From positions 1,506,782 to 1,570,781 of the forward strand of contig CBDFMR010000005.1 of assembly GCA_965249765.1 (NCBI GenBank): DNA of 64,000 nt, in the 5' to 3' direction. This stretch comes from Saprospiraceae bacterium. GTDB taxonomy: Bacteria; Bacteroidota; Bacteroidia; Chitinophagales; Saprospiraceae. A program made the translations under genes and the position numbers. The notes under the pieces are model-generated. The model did no database searches. It saw only the letters and a list, made by a program, of their open reading frames with translations, and had not been told where the DNA came from. Below, one piece after another: positions 8,082 through 17,274 of the stretch (within the stretch, counting starts at the first letter, position 1; every line of letters begins with the position of its first letter).

Positions 8082-11000
8082 TAGTATTCACGTTGATTTT
8101 TAACGATATCAAATATTCTGTCTATCTCGTCTGGTGTTACAATCCCTTTTTCAGCGAGTATCTCTTCAATTTTTAGCCTTACTTCTTTTGTTTTGAATTT
8201 GTTATCGCGCCAAGCATCTTTTTTAGTATATCGTACTGCTTTATCAAGAGAATTTGCTAGAAATTCATCTTTACCAGTATTGTCATAAAGTGCTCTTTTT
8301 GCCTCATTATCAATTGAGCTTGGATAGGTTGTTGAAGAACTTGGTTGTTTAATTTTTCTTGTCAATGCAACAATTTCATCCAAGTACTTTTCGTATTCAT
8401 CCGCTTTTTCTTTCCTCAGTTTTATAAGTTCGTCAAGCAGAATGCTCATCTTCTCATAATACATTGGGTTTGTTGGACTTTCTTCAATTATGACTTTTCG
8501 CAAGTTGTTTTCAATCGTCTCTGACATTGAATCCTTATTCTTTCTGAGTTTTTCAGGAAGGTCATTTATTGCGTCTTTTCCTTTTTCAACAATAAGTTCC
8601 ACCAAGCTTAAATCGTCAAAACTTGAAAGCATTCGGCTTTCTTCTGCTCCAATGTATGAGTCAATTAAATGACGCATTGCTGGTTCATACTGTTTTAGGT
8701 CAATGTAATCACCACTCGCTAACTGAATTTCTTTCCGCAGATTCTCGTAATATTTAACTTCATTTTTGATGCCTGCAATCTCGTTGTTCATGTATCCTGC
8801 TTCTGGCATTTCATCAGCAATATTGGCATAAGCACGAATAACAGAAATCACACATTTGTACAATGCAACCCTTCTGGGTTCGGTATCTTTTAATTCATCT
8901 GAATTTTCGGAATTCCCAACAAAGTAGTGCTGAAACTGAACTTGACCTTTCGGTGGTTCAACAGGTTCAATTAAAGCTCGCATTGTTTCTAAAGCGTCAT
9001 CTAAACGTTGTTTTCCCTTTTTCAAGCGATCTTCTAATAAACCTGCAACATCTTCTTTTTCAAAATTGTCAAAAGCACCTGAGGTGTAATCCTTAATGGA
9101 CTTGTCAAGGCTTTTAAATAGGTCTTTGTAGTCTATGACATAACCATAGTCTTTGTCATCCCCATCTAAGCGATTCACTCGGCAAATGGCTTGAAATAAA
9201 CCATGGTCTTTCATGTTTTTGTCTATGTACAAGTAAGTTGCTGATGGAGCGTCAAATCCCGTTAAAAGTTTATCTACTACAATAAGGAGCTTCATTTGAG
9301 CAGGTTCATCAACAAACTTCTTCTTGGCTTCAATTTCAAAGGCTTCAACATCTTTTCCATTGAGCATCTTTTGATAAATCTCGTATTTAATGAGTTTTTC
9401 TGTTAATCCTTCACCTGTCTCTTCACCTTTAATATCTGCATGAGAAGGAGCAAAGGAGGTGACGATAGCACAGTTCTTTAGTCCTGCATTTTGAAACAGT
9501 TCGTAATATCGGCAAGCGTTGTACACACTTTCGGAAACCAACATGGCATTTCCTCTACCATTTTGCAAACGCTCTTTAGTTTCCATGTCGAGCATTACAT
9601 CTGCAACAATTTTCTCTAATCGAGATTTGGAACTGAAGACCTTTTTTAAAGTACCCCATTTTTGTTTCAGTTCTGTTTTGGCGAAGTCTGTTAGCCCTTT
9701 TGTTTTAGCATCAAACCATTGGTCTATTTTATCAAAACTTGATATTTTCTGCTCAATGTCTCGTGCTTCATAACGCAAGTCAAGAACAACTTTATCAGCT
9801 ACTGCTTCATCAAATTTGTAAGTGTGAATGTATTTACCGAATACCTCTAGACTCGTTTGCTTGTCTTTTTTGAGAAGAGGAGTTCCTGTAAAACCAATAA
9901 ATAATGCATCAGGTAAAATGGTTGTCATGCTCTCATGAAGTTTACCACTTTGGGTTCGGTGACACTCGTCTACGAAAACAAAAACATCACCTTTGGCTTT
10001 AAAGTCAGTAGGCAAGCTTGCCTTTAAATCTTTGATATAATCATCAACATCCTTCTCATCAATTTCTTCTTTTCCGCCAAATTTGTGAACCAAAGAACAA
10101 AGTAACCAAGGTGAATTAGAATTGAGTTTATCGATTAAATCCTTACCGCTTGTTGTACGATAAATGTGTTCATCTACGCCTTTGTAAACTTTTTCAATTT
10201 GTTCATCCAGTTCCGTTCTATCTGTTATTATTAGAACTCGGGCATTTTCAACATTTTCTCTAATCCATTTGGTAAGCCAAACCATGGTTAAGGACTTCCC
10301 ACTTCCTTGCGTATGCCAAATGATTCCACCTTCTCTTTTTCGAACGTGTTCTTGGGCTGCTTTAATACCGAAATATTGGTTTGGTCTTGTTAGTTTTTTG
10401 ATTCCTCTATCAAATACTATGTAGTCATGGAGCAACTCAATGAAACGCTCTTTATTCAGCATTTCTATAATGTTCTTGTCCAAACGGTGCTCAACCGTTG
10501 CAGCTAAATGTCGAATAGGTTTTGTGAGTTGAAGTAAATACTTGTCTTTAGCGTTTACTTCTTCATTTACCTCTTTCCAACTTAGATAATATCTTTCTTT
10601 GGTTTCTATTGCTCCATAAGCCAATCCCTCATTATCACTTCCAGCCATTACAAATTGTAAGGTTGAAAAGAAAGGCTTTATAAAAAGGTGTTTTTGATTG
10701 TCTAAATTCTGACGAATTCCTTCTGAAATTGAAACGGTACTCCGTTTTAATTCAATAACGCCCAATGCAATTCCGTTTACATACAGAACAATATCTGGAC
10801 GCTTTTTATGAATTCCTTTTATTGTGACTTCTTCTGCAATTGCGAAATCATTTTTAAGCGGATGCTTCCAATCAATTAGTTGAATGGTTTTTTTATTCTT
10901 CCCAATTTCAGGTTGAACATTTACGCCATAACGTAGAAGCGTATAAAACTCTTTGTTTACATCATATAAACTTTTGCTTTGGTCGTTTGCAATCTTATCC

Positions 11001-11572
11001 AGTTCATACAAGGTTTTTGTAATGAGGTTGGAGTCGTATTTCTTTTGTAGAAATTCCGTTAATATCTCAGTTTCAATATTGCTGTTGTCTTCACGTTCTT
11101 CCCAATTTCCTAAGTAACGGTAGTTCAATTTGTTTTGAAATAATTCAACAACTCGGTCTTGGGTAACTCGTTCTAATTGACCAACCTCAGAACTTGCAGG
11201 GTTTTCTAGTTTATTCACAATATTTCTTTTTATGCCTGAGGCTAATGGTTTGTCAGGTGAGAGGAGTATTAACCCTGGATCAGGAAAAATGTCATCACTT
11301 ACAACGCCTGTGTAATCTTCTACTTCAAGTTCATTTTGATTGACAAAGCTTCCTTTTAAGAAACGAGATATTTTGTCATTAAAGACGGTTCTCAAATCAA
11401 GTTCGCCTGATAAGAATTTACCTGAATTTTCAGCATCTACTTTATGCCCAATGTATTCCTCGGTTTCCTCATCTAATAAGACAAAGAGGTAGTTAAACTG
11501 CTTCTCGTCTTCGCAGATAAGTAGCGTAGGAATCTCGTAATAGTACAGCTGTTTAACCACTTTTAAATTCAT
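8081..11572 (-). CDS. hsdR: Type I restriction endonuclease R subunit (HsdR)
   Basis: SF2 helicase motifs: Walker A WHTQGSGKSLTM, DEAH-box FVFVDECHRTQ, motif III TGTP. Start chosen at MNLKVV so that the ATG overlaps the stop of the upstream small ORF; the longest ORF would extend to 11629. Confidence 0.85.
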   Translation of the reverse strand: MNLKVVKQLYYYEIPTLLICEDEKQFNYLFVLLDEETEEYIGHKVDAENSGKFLSGELDLRTVFNDKISRFLKGSFVNQNELEVEDYTGVVSDDIFPDPGLILLSPDKPLASGIKRNIVNKLENPASSEVGQLERVTQDRVVELFQNKLNYRYLGNWEEREDNSNIETEILTEFLQKKYDSNLITKTLYELDKIANDQSKSLYDVNKEFYTLLRYGVNVQPEIGKNKKTIQLIDWKHPLKNDFAIAEEVTIKGIHKKRPDIVLYVNGIALGVIELKRSTVSISEGIRQNLDNQKHLFIKPFFSTLQFVMAGSDNEGLAYGAIETKERYYLSWKEVNEEVNAKDKYLLQLTKPIRHLAATVEHRLDKNIIEMLNKERFIELLHDYIVFDRGIKKLTRPNQYFGIKAAQEHVRKREGGIIWHTQGSGKSLTMVWLTKWIRENVENARVLIITDRTELDEQIEKVYKGVDEHIYRTTSGKDLIDKLNSNSPWLLCSLVHKFGGKEEIDEKDVDDYIKDLKASLPTDFKAKGDVFVFVDECHRTQSGKLHESMTTILPDALFIGFTGTPLLKKDKQTSLEVFGKYIHTYKFDEAVADKVVLDLRYEARDIEQKISSFDKIDQWFDAKTKGLTDFAKTELKQKWGTLKKVFSSKSRLEKIVADVMLDMETKERLQNGRGNAMLVSESVYNACRYYELFQNAGLKNCAIVTSFAPSHADIKGEETGEGLTEKLIKYEIYQKMLNGKDVEAFEIEAKKKFVDEPAQMKLLIVVDKLLTGFDAPSATYLYIDKNMKDHGLFQAICRVNRLDGDDKDYGYVIDYKDLFKSLDKSIKDYTSGAFDNFEKEDVAGLLEDRLKKGKQRLDDALETMRALIEPVEPPKGQVQFQHYFVGNSENSDELKDTEPRRVALYKCVISVIRAYANIADEMPEAGYMNNEIAGIKNEVKYYENLRKEIQLASGDYIDLKQYEPAMRHLIDSYIGAEESRMLSSFDDLSLVELIVEKGKDAINDLPEKLRKNKDSMSETIENNLRKVIIEESPTNPMYYEKMSILLDELIKLRKEKADEYEKYLDEIVALTRKIKQPSSSTTYPSSIDNEAKRALYDNTGKDEFLANSLDKAVRYTKKDAWRDNKFKTKEVRLKIEEILAEKGIVTPDEIDRIFDIVKNQREY

Positions 11573-11976
11573 ACTTCTACCTTTTGAATGGTTACAGAGC
11601 TTATGTCGAATGAATGAGAACGCCACCATGAATAATGACCATCTGAAAAAGTTTGCTTAATCATTCCGTCACCGTCATACAACACTATTTTTGCAAGCAA
11701 TTTTTCTTTCTTTTTGCCCGCAGGTGTTTTGAAAAATGCATTTAAAAGTCCTTCGGCACTGTCAAATGTGGATACCGCTCTGGCACAACATTCATCAGGA
11801 TATTCTTTAGTCGGGAATTTACTTCTGTGAGACATCAAACATTCTGAGGAAGCAGGATTGCATTTTACTATGCGATATAATTCCATAGAACCATCAGGAA
11901 TATTTGCATCTTCATGCGGGCAATTACAATCCGCAATGTCCAAATCTTCAAAATATCTGATTTCGCTTTTATCCAT
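11569..11976 (-). CDS. Cys-rich hypothetical protein (135 aa) inserted between hsdS and hsdR
   Basis: Starts 2 nt after the hsdS stop; its stop overlaps the proposed hsdR start (ATGA). Cys clusters CNCPHE, KCNPASSEC, ECCARAV. Confidence 0.45.
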   Translation of the reverse strand: MDKSEIRYFEDLDIADCNCPHEDANIPDGSMELYRIVKCNPASSECLMSHRSKFPTKEYPDECCARAVSTFDSAEGLLNAFFKTPAGKKKEKLLAKIVLYDGDGMIKQTFSDGHYSWWRSHSFDISSVTIQKVEV

Positions 11977-11977
11977 T

Positions 11978-13201
11978 TTAAACCAATCTCTTTTTACCGT
12001 TTAATAAATCTTGCATCATACCCCTTTTGAACATTTTTTGCTTTGTGAGTTTAGATTCTAATTGTTCTATTTCATTATCCATATCAAAAAGAATGGTTGC
12101 TATTTTTTTTTGCTCGTCAATTGTTTTGGGAGTTAGAAATTTAAAATTGACAAAGTCTTTTTGATATAGGTGATTTATAGTTGAACCAGCACTTAATTGG
12201 GTTAAAAATGTCAGAAAAACATCAGATAATAGAAGGTAATAGAAGAATTCTGGGTGAAATGATTTGTTAATAGGACGAATAACAAAAACCCCACTGTTAA
12301 GTGTTGCGGGCTTAGGCACATCTTTTATTAGTGCTACTTTACCAATGGTTCCATCTTTTGTGACAAGAACATCATGTGGTTTGACTTGAATAAATTTGTC
12401 TTGGCGATATCTGTCATATTCTACATAATGACATTTATCCCAATCGATAAAGCCATTCTTAAACTCTGTGCCAGTAATAAGAAAATATTCTCCAGTTTTT
12501 TTGTACTCAGCAGTTGTTAAACCTTGCCAGCCAATCCGTGCTTTAAGAGTAGCTGTTTTACCTAATTCGTTTTCGACCCAATCTTTTTTGGGTTTCATTA
12601 ATTTTTGGAGGATACCTTGTTTTAAATTTCGTTTCTTAGCAAGAAGTTTTTCAAGACAAGCAATCAATTGATCTGTATCACTGAGAGCAATAGAGATTTT
12701 TGTTTGCTCTGATTTCTTAAGAGGTAAAGCGACAGGACAATCTAGAATTTCTTGTCGCTTTATATTGGTTTGACCAGTACCACTATCAAATGCTAAATAG
12801 TATTTGTTTCTATTTAATTTATAGAACAGATACATATTGTCTGTATCATCATTGGCAGTTATTCCACCAATTCGTTGATTCAACGTATATCTGTCATCCT
12901 TATCAATGAGAAAGCATTTTGCTAATGCTTTTCCTTTTGGAATGTCACTCATTACAATTGTGATATCTCCTTTCGTTAATGGAAAAATGTTCTTCTTAGA
13001 AAATTTCTTTACTCCTCCTTCAGTTGAGATAAATTTTGAGTTCACTACGATGTATTCTCCATGCTCATCAATAAACTGTTCATGAGCTTTCCCATTTTCA
13101 AAATGGGCCACTTCATGCAAAGGTTTTACCACCCAATCGTTTGGAATGATTCCTGCGTCCGTTTGCTGAAAACCTTCTGCTATTTTCAATTCTTCTACCA
13201 T
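11978..13201 (-). CDS. hsdS: Type I R-M specificity subunit (HsdS), two target-recognition domains
   Basis: 407 aa. Bipartite TRD architecture with conserved spacer helices (LIACLEKLLAKKRNLKQGILQKLM ... NEIEQLESKLTKQKMFKRGMMQDLL). Overlaps hsdM by 7 nt. Confidence 0.85.
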   Translation of the reverse strand: MVEELKIAEGFQQTDAGIIPNDWVVKPLHEVAHFENGKAHEQFIDEHGEYIVVNSKFISTEGGVKKFSKKNIFPLTKGDITIVMSDIPKGKALAKCFLIDKDDRYTLNQRIGGITANDDTDNMYLFYKLNRNKYYLAFDSGTGQTNIKRQEILDCPVALPLKKSEQTKISIALSDTDQLIACLEKLLAKKRNLKQGILQKLMKPKKDWVENELGKTATLKARIGWQGLTTAEYKKTGEYFLITGTEFKNGFIDWDKCHYVEYDRYRQDKFIQVKPHDVLVTKDGTIGKVALIKDVPKPATLNSGVFVIRPINKSFHPEFFYYLLLSDVFLTFLTQLSAGSTINHLYQKDFVNFKFLTPKTIDEQKKIATILFDMDNEIEQLESKLTKQKMFKRGMMQDLLNGKKRLV

Positions 13202-15639
13202 GTGTAGTTCATTTGTTTTAGGTGGTCTTCAACTTTAGCAGTTAAGTCAGCTATGTCATTGGTAAGTTTAGGCATTGGTGTTTCGTATCTTTCACCAAGC
13301 TCTTTTATCCGTTCGGTTAATCGGTGACTTATGGCATCCATTTCTGATTTGACAAGTAGTTCCATGGTCACCATCCATTTCTTGTCAACCGTAAGTGTTT
13401 TGATTTCATCAATGCTCAAAACAGGATATTTCTTTATGACTTTACCTTCTAGTTCGGAAAGAGCTTTTTTTATACTTGCTTTTAGCTTGGTTTCTTTCGC
13501 CATTAGCTTTTTGTATTTGTCTAGCATATCCCATTCTTCGGCATTGTCTGCATCTTTCTTTCCAAGTTCCTTGATGCGTGCATCCAAACTCTTTTTAGAA
13601 ATCTTTTGCTTGTCGTCCATGGGTTCTGTCAACAAACCATCTTCACCACCATTTTCATCTCTCAATTCATCCATTTCGGAAACGGTTGTGTCTAAATCAG
13701 ATTGAAGTTTTTCAATGGCACCTTGCTCAGTTGCAAAATATTCTTGAATGATTATAGATGGCGGAATTAACCTGCCTTCTAGTCCGTCTATTCCATCAAC
13801 TGCTTTTTCAATTTCTTTACCTGCTTTCTTTGCTTTTTTCATGATTCTTGAAACCACATTTCCAGCTTTCCAGCCATCAGCTGATAACTCATACAAATCA
13901 TCTTGCATGATTTCAGACCAATAGTCCATCATGTGTTGATAAACTGCATATTTATCTACCAAGTCCTTTCCATGGTAGGTTTTAAGAAGGTCTTCTGATA
14001 TTTTATGAATGACTTCTTTAGGGTGACAGGCTTCTTCTAAACCTTTGAGGTAAGTTGTGTTTTTGACACACCATTCGTTGAATACCTTTTCCATTTTTTC
14101 TGAGTAGATTACGAATTCAGGGTGTTCAAAAATGGTAGACTTAATGCTGTCTTTTTCTACGTCTAAATCCCAATAGTTAGCACGAGAGTTTGGCTTGTAC
14201 ATATCGGTTTTTAGTGTTGGGTAAACTTTCCAGTAACTATTTAAAGCTTCAATATCTCTGTTAGGAATACCACCTCTTAAATGTGCATCAATGTCTTGAA
14301 TGTCCTCTTCTTCCTGACTGTCAATATATCTTGGAATATTTAAGTTGTAGTCATTCTTCGGGCCTGAGATTTCAGACAAAGGCACCATTCGGCTGTATTT
14401 CAGAATTTCAAGTTGTTTGTTAAAGACATCTACTATTTGGTGAAGGTCTTGCGAACGCAATCTGTTTTTGTTTCCGTCCTTCATAAATCCTTTACCTGCA
14501 TCAATCATAAAAATGCCTTTACGCTGAGCGGCATCTTCTTTGTCTATCACCAAAATACAAGCGGCTATACCAGTTCCATAAAACAAGTTGGCAGGTAGTC
14601 CGATTATTCCTTTGATGTATCCTCTTTTAACAATGCTTTTCCGAATCTCTGCTTCCGCATTTCCTCTGAACAAAACGCCTAGAGGTAGAATGATTGCTCC
14701 TTTTCCTTTGCTTTTCAGTGATTTGATTAAATGGAGCAGGAATGCATAATCTCCGTTTTTCTTTGGTGGAATGTCGTAATTCTCAAAACGCTTATATAGG
14801 TCATTAACCGCATCAAGTCCGTTTGTCCAAGTCTTGTTGCTAAAAGGGGGATTGGCTACTGCATAATCAAAAGTTTTTAAATCTCCAGTTTTATCATCTT
14901 TAAAAAGTGGATCAGCAATTGTATTTCCTTGGACAATTTCAGATGCAGGATTTCCATGCAGCCACATATTCATAACAGCCAAGGCTCGTGTAGCATTGTC
15001 ATTTTCTTGTCCGTAAATCGAAATGCCGTGAGGTGATTCATCTGCTGCTTTTAGCAGCAACGAACCTGAACCGCAAGTTGGATCGTAAAGACTTTCAGAT
15101 TGGCTTTTTGATTTTTGAATTCCAATCACTTTTGCCATTATTCGAGAAACTTCAGCAGGTGTATAGAATTGTCCTTTACTCTTTCCGCTTTCCGTTGCGA
15201 AGTGTCGCATCAAATACTCATAGGCGTCACCAAGGATGTCGTCATTCTCTGCGCGGTTTCCGCTAAAGTCAAGAGCTTCATTTTCGAAAATCTCGATTAG
15301 ATTACTTAATCTGTCAACTTTGTCTTTTCCCTTTCCAAGTTTCTCGCTATCGTCAAAGTCAGCAACGGTTATAATTCCATTCAGGTCATTGGCTTTTGCC
15401 AATGCTCCAATAATTACATTGATTTTTTCACCTATGTCTGACTTTCCTTTAAGTTTTATCATGTCCTTAAAGCTTCCACCTTCAGGTATGTCAACCAATG
15501 CACCGCCTTTGTCAGAGACATATTTCATAAAGAGTAAAACCAATACATAATCTTTGTACTGGCTTGCATCCATGCTTCCCCTTAATTCATCACAGCTTTT
15601 CCAAAGTGAGCTGTATAATTCTGATTTCTTTATTGCCAT
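13195..15639 (-). CDS. hsdM: Type I R-M methyltransferase subunit (HsdM) with an unusually long (about 300 aa) charged coiled-coil C-terminal extension
   Basis: 814 aa. N-terminal HsdM_N pattern (ELYSSLWKSCDELRG), motif I DPTCGSGSLL, motif IV NPPF (AVANPPFSNKTW). The last ~300 aa are K/E-rich with no methylase motifs. Confidence 0.85.
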   Translation of the reverse strand: MAIKKSELYSSLWKSCDELRGSMDASQYKDYVLVLLFMKYVSDKGGALVDIPEGGSFKDMIKLKGKSDIGEKINVIIGALAKANDLNGIITVADFDDSEKLGKGKDKVDRLSNLIEIFENEALDFSGNRAENDDILGDAYEYLMRHFATESGKSKGQFYTPAEVSRIMAKVIGIQKSKSQSESLYDPTCGSGSLLLKAADESPHGISIYGQENDNATRALAVMNMWLHGNPASEIVQGNTIADPLFKDDKTGDLKTFDYAVANPPFSNKTWTNGLDAVNDLYKRFENYDIPPKKNGDYAFLLHLIKSLKSKGKGAIILPLGVLFRGNAEAEIRKSIVKRGYIKGIIGLPANLFYGTGIAACILVIDKEDAAQRKGIFMIDAGKGFMKDGNKNRLRSQDLHQIVDVFNKQLEILKYSRMVPLSEISGPKNDYNLNIPRYIDSQEEEDIQDIDAHLRGGIPNRDIEALNSYWKVYPTLKTDMYKPNSRANYWDLDVEKDSIKSTIFEHPEFVIYSEKMEKVFNEWCVKNTTYLKGLEEACHPKEVIHKISEDLLKTYHGKDLVDKYAVYQHMMDYWSEIMQDDLYELSADGWKAGNVVSRIMKKAKKAGKEIEKAVDGIDGLEGRLIPPSIIIQEYFATEQGAIEKLQSDLDTTVSEMDELRDENGGEDGLLTEPMDDKQKISKKSLDARIKELGKKDADNAEEWDMLDKYKKLMAKETKLKASIKKALSELEGKVIKKYPVLSIDEIKTLTVDKKWMVTMELLVKSEMDAISHRLTERIKELGERYETPMPKLTNDIADLTAKVEDHLKQMNYTW

Positions 15640-15848
15640 TTAATTTCCTTTATCTTCTTTGTTAGAAATAATCAAGTCTTTGATATCGATATCTAATATC
15701 TCTGCAATTTCCATTAGCACTTCCAATCTTGGTTGTTGTCTGTTTTGCACATAGGAGTTCACCATATTGTAGCTCTTTCCAAGTTTCTCAGCCAGCCAAG
15801 TCTGTTTAATCCCTTTGTCTGCAAGTACTTCCTTAATACGATTCATTG
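15640..15848 (-). CDS. small XRE-family HTH transcriptional regulator (candidate controller of the Type I operon)
   Basis: Start taken at the internal Met: MNRIKEVLADKGIKQTWLAEKLGKSYNMVNSYVQNRQQPRLEVLMEIAEILDIDIKDLI. Its stop abuts the hsdM start codon. The upstream part of ORF 15640..16098 is low-complexity (PTFGTFAKPHKPTHNP) and probably not coding. Confidence 0.55.
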
Positions 15849-16203
15849 CTGTCAAATTATTCGGTTCTAAATTACAATTATATCTCAAATAATAAGATAT
15901 AAACCGATAGTTATTATGGGTAGAGCGTGGGAGATTTGGCTCTTTTGTAAAGCTTGGGTTGTGGGTTGGCTTGTGCGGCTTTGCAAATGTGCCAAATGTG
16001 GGTTGGCAGAGAAATTTAAAAAAATGCGAAGCGGGGGCTTTCAGATTATTTGGTCTGTAAGTTTGATTTAGTCTTATATCAATTCGGTTAGCATTCAAAG
16101 TTCAGTTTTCTCTTTTTTGCATGAAGCACAACGGTTGATGATATCTCGTCGTCTCTCGACGAAGGAGAGATATGCGATGATATCTATTGTTAGTCGCTTT
16201 TTT

Positions 16204-17253
16204 TCATATTCTGTACACAAATTCCAGAAAATCACCTAATTCAGAATTGTGAATTGATTTGTTAGTTCTCCAATGTAAATGTCTAACGATTATTCCTAAT
16301 GCATCCGCTATATCAGTTTTATGTTTACTTAAATCAATATCGAATTCTTCTTTAATAGTTTGATTTATTGATTGATTTTTATTCCCTATTTTGTTTACAA
16401 ATTCGCTTGTATTGCAATCTATTATTTTTAAAGTATTTAGGACTCCATAAAATAATTTGATTGGTATTGATGTTTCGAAATCGTGTTTAAATTGAAATGT
16501 GTGGTCTTCTGAGATTAGTCCATTTTTTATATGGTTTTGAAAGAAGTTTATATCGTTTCCGTCCTTATCTCCTTGTATAAATATTTCATATCCAACTTCA
16601 CGATTTTTCTCAATTAGCATTTTTATTTTCTTTTCGCTTTTATTGTTCTTTCCATCATAAGATTGCACGATAAACTGTTTAGCTGAAAAATCACCATTAG
16701 ATATTAATCTGTTTATGAAAATTTCTTCAGTTTTTCCTTCTACCATCAATATACCTTTAGTAGCACCAAATTCATTTAATTCTCTGAAATTTTTACCTAA
16801 TTCGTCTAAATAGTGTCGTATATAAAGAACGTGACCATAGTTTTGAGGTGAATGCTCGCCATACCAATCAAGCATATCTTTATCGAGAAACATACCTGTT
16901 TCAAGTTCGGATTGATATATGAATTTTTGAAAATAGTAAAGTCCGTTAAAGTATTTTTGGAGTTGGTCTTTCTTATATGTAGTTAAGAGATGAAAAGTTT
17001 GGTCGATAAAATTATTTATGACTTTAACTACGACTCCACATTGTATGTCTTTGAATTTATGTTTGACATATTCATGCTGAATGGTAAACTTACAATAATC
17101 AGATCTTCCACATTTATGGCACTCATAGTAAGGCACCCATCTATCTACTAATTCATTTGATAAACCCCTTTCTTCGAATTCTCCCATCAATTCCAATGGA
17201 TAGAGTCCATATGGATTTATTGTCGATATTTCTTTTTCAGTAAAGTCTATCAT
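16204..17253 (-). CDS. zinc-ribbon + TOPRIM-domain protein (OLD-family/AriB(DUF4435)-like nuclease core lacking an ATPase)
   Basis: 349 aa. N-terminal CxxC-x7-C (YECHKCGRSDYC). TOPRIM signature glutamate in ILMVEGKTEEIF and a DxD motif in IFIQGDKDGNDINFF about 57 aa downstream. Confidence 0.55.
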   Translation of the reverse strand: MIDFTEKEISTINPYGLYPLELMGEFEERGLSNELVDRWVPYYECHKCGRSDYCKFTIQHEYVKHKFKDIQCGVVVKVINNFIDQTFHLLTTYKKDQLQKYFNGLYYFQKFIYQSELETGMFLDKDMLDWYGEHSPQNYGHVLYIRHYLDELGKNFRELNEFGATKGILMVEGKTEEIFINRLISNGDFSAKQFIVQSYDGKNNKSEKKIKMLIEKNREVGYEIFIQGDKDGNDINFFQNHIKNGLISEDHTFQFKHDFETSIPIKLFYGVLNTLKIIDCNTSEFVNKIGNKNQSINQTIKEEFDIDLSKHKTDIADALGIIVRHLHWRTNKSIHNSELGDFLEFVYRI

Positions 17254-17274
17254 TTTCTATTTTTAAATTGCGAC

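Noticed and set aside
15849-16098. Upstream 84 codons of ORF 15640..16098
   Set aside because: The sequence is low-complexity (PTFGTFAKPHKPTHNPSFTKEPNLPRSTHNNYRF) and overlaps the GC-rich motif region. The HTH domain begins at the internal Met, so the CDS was shortened to 15640..15848.
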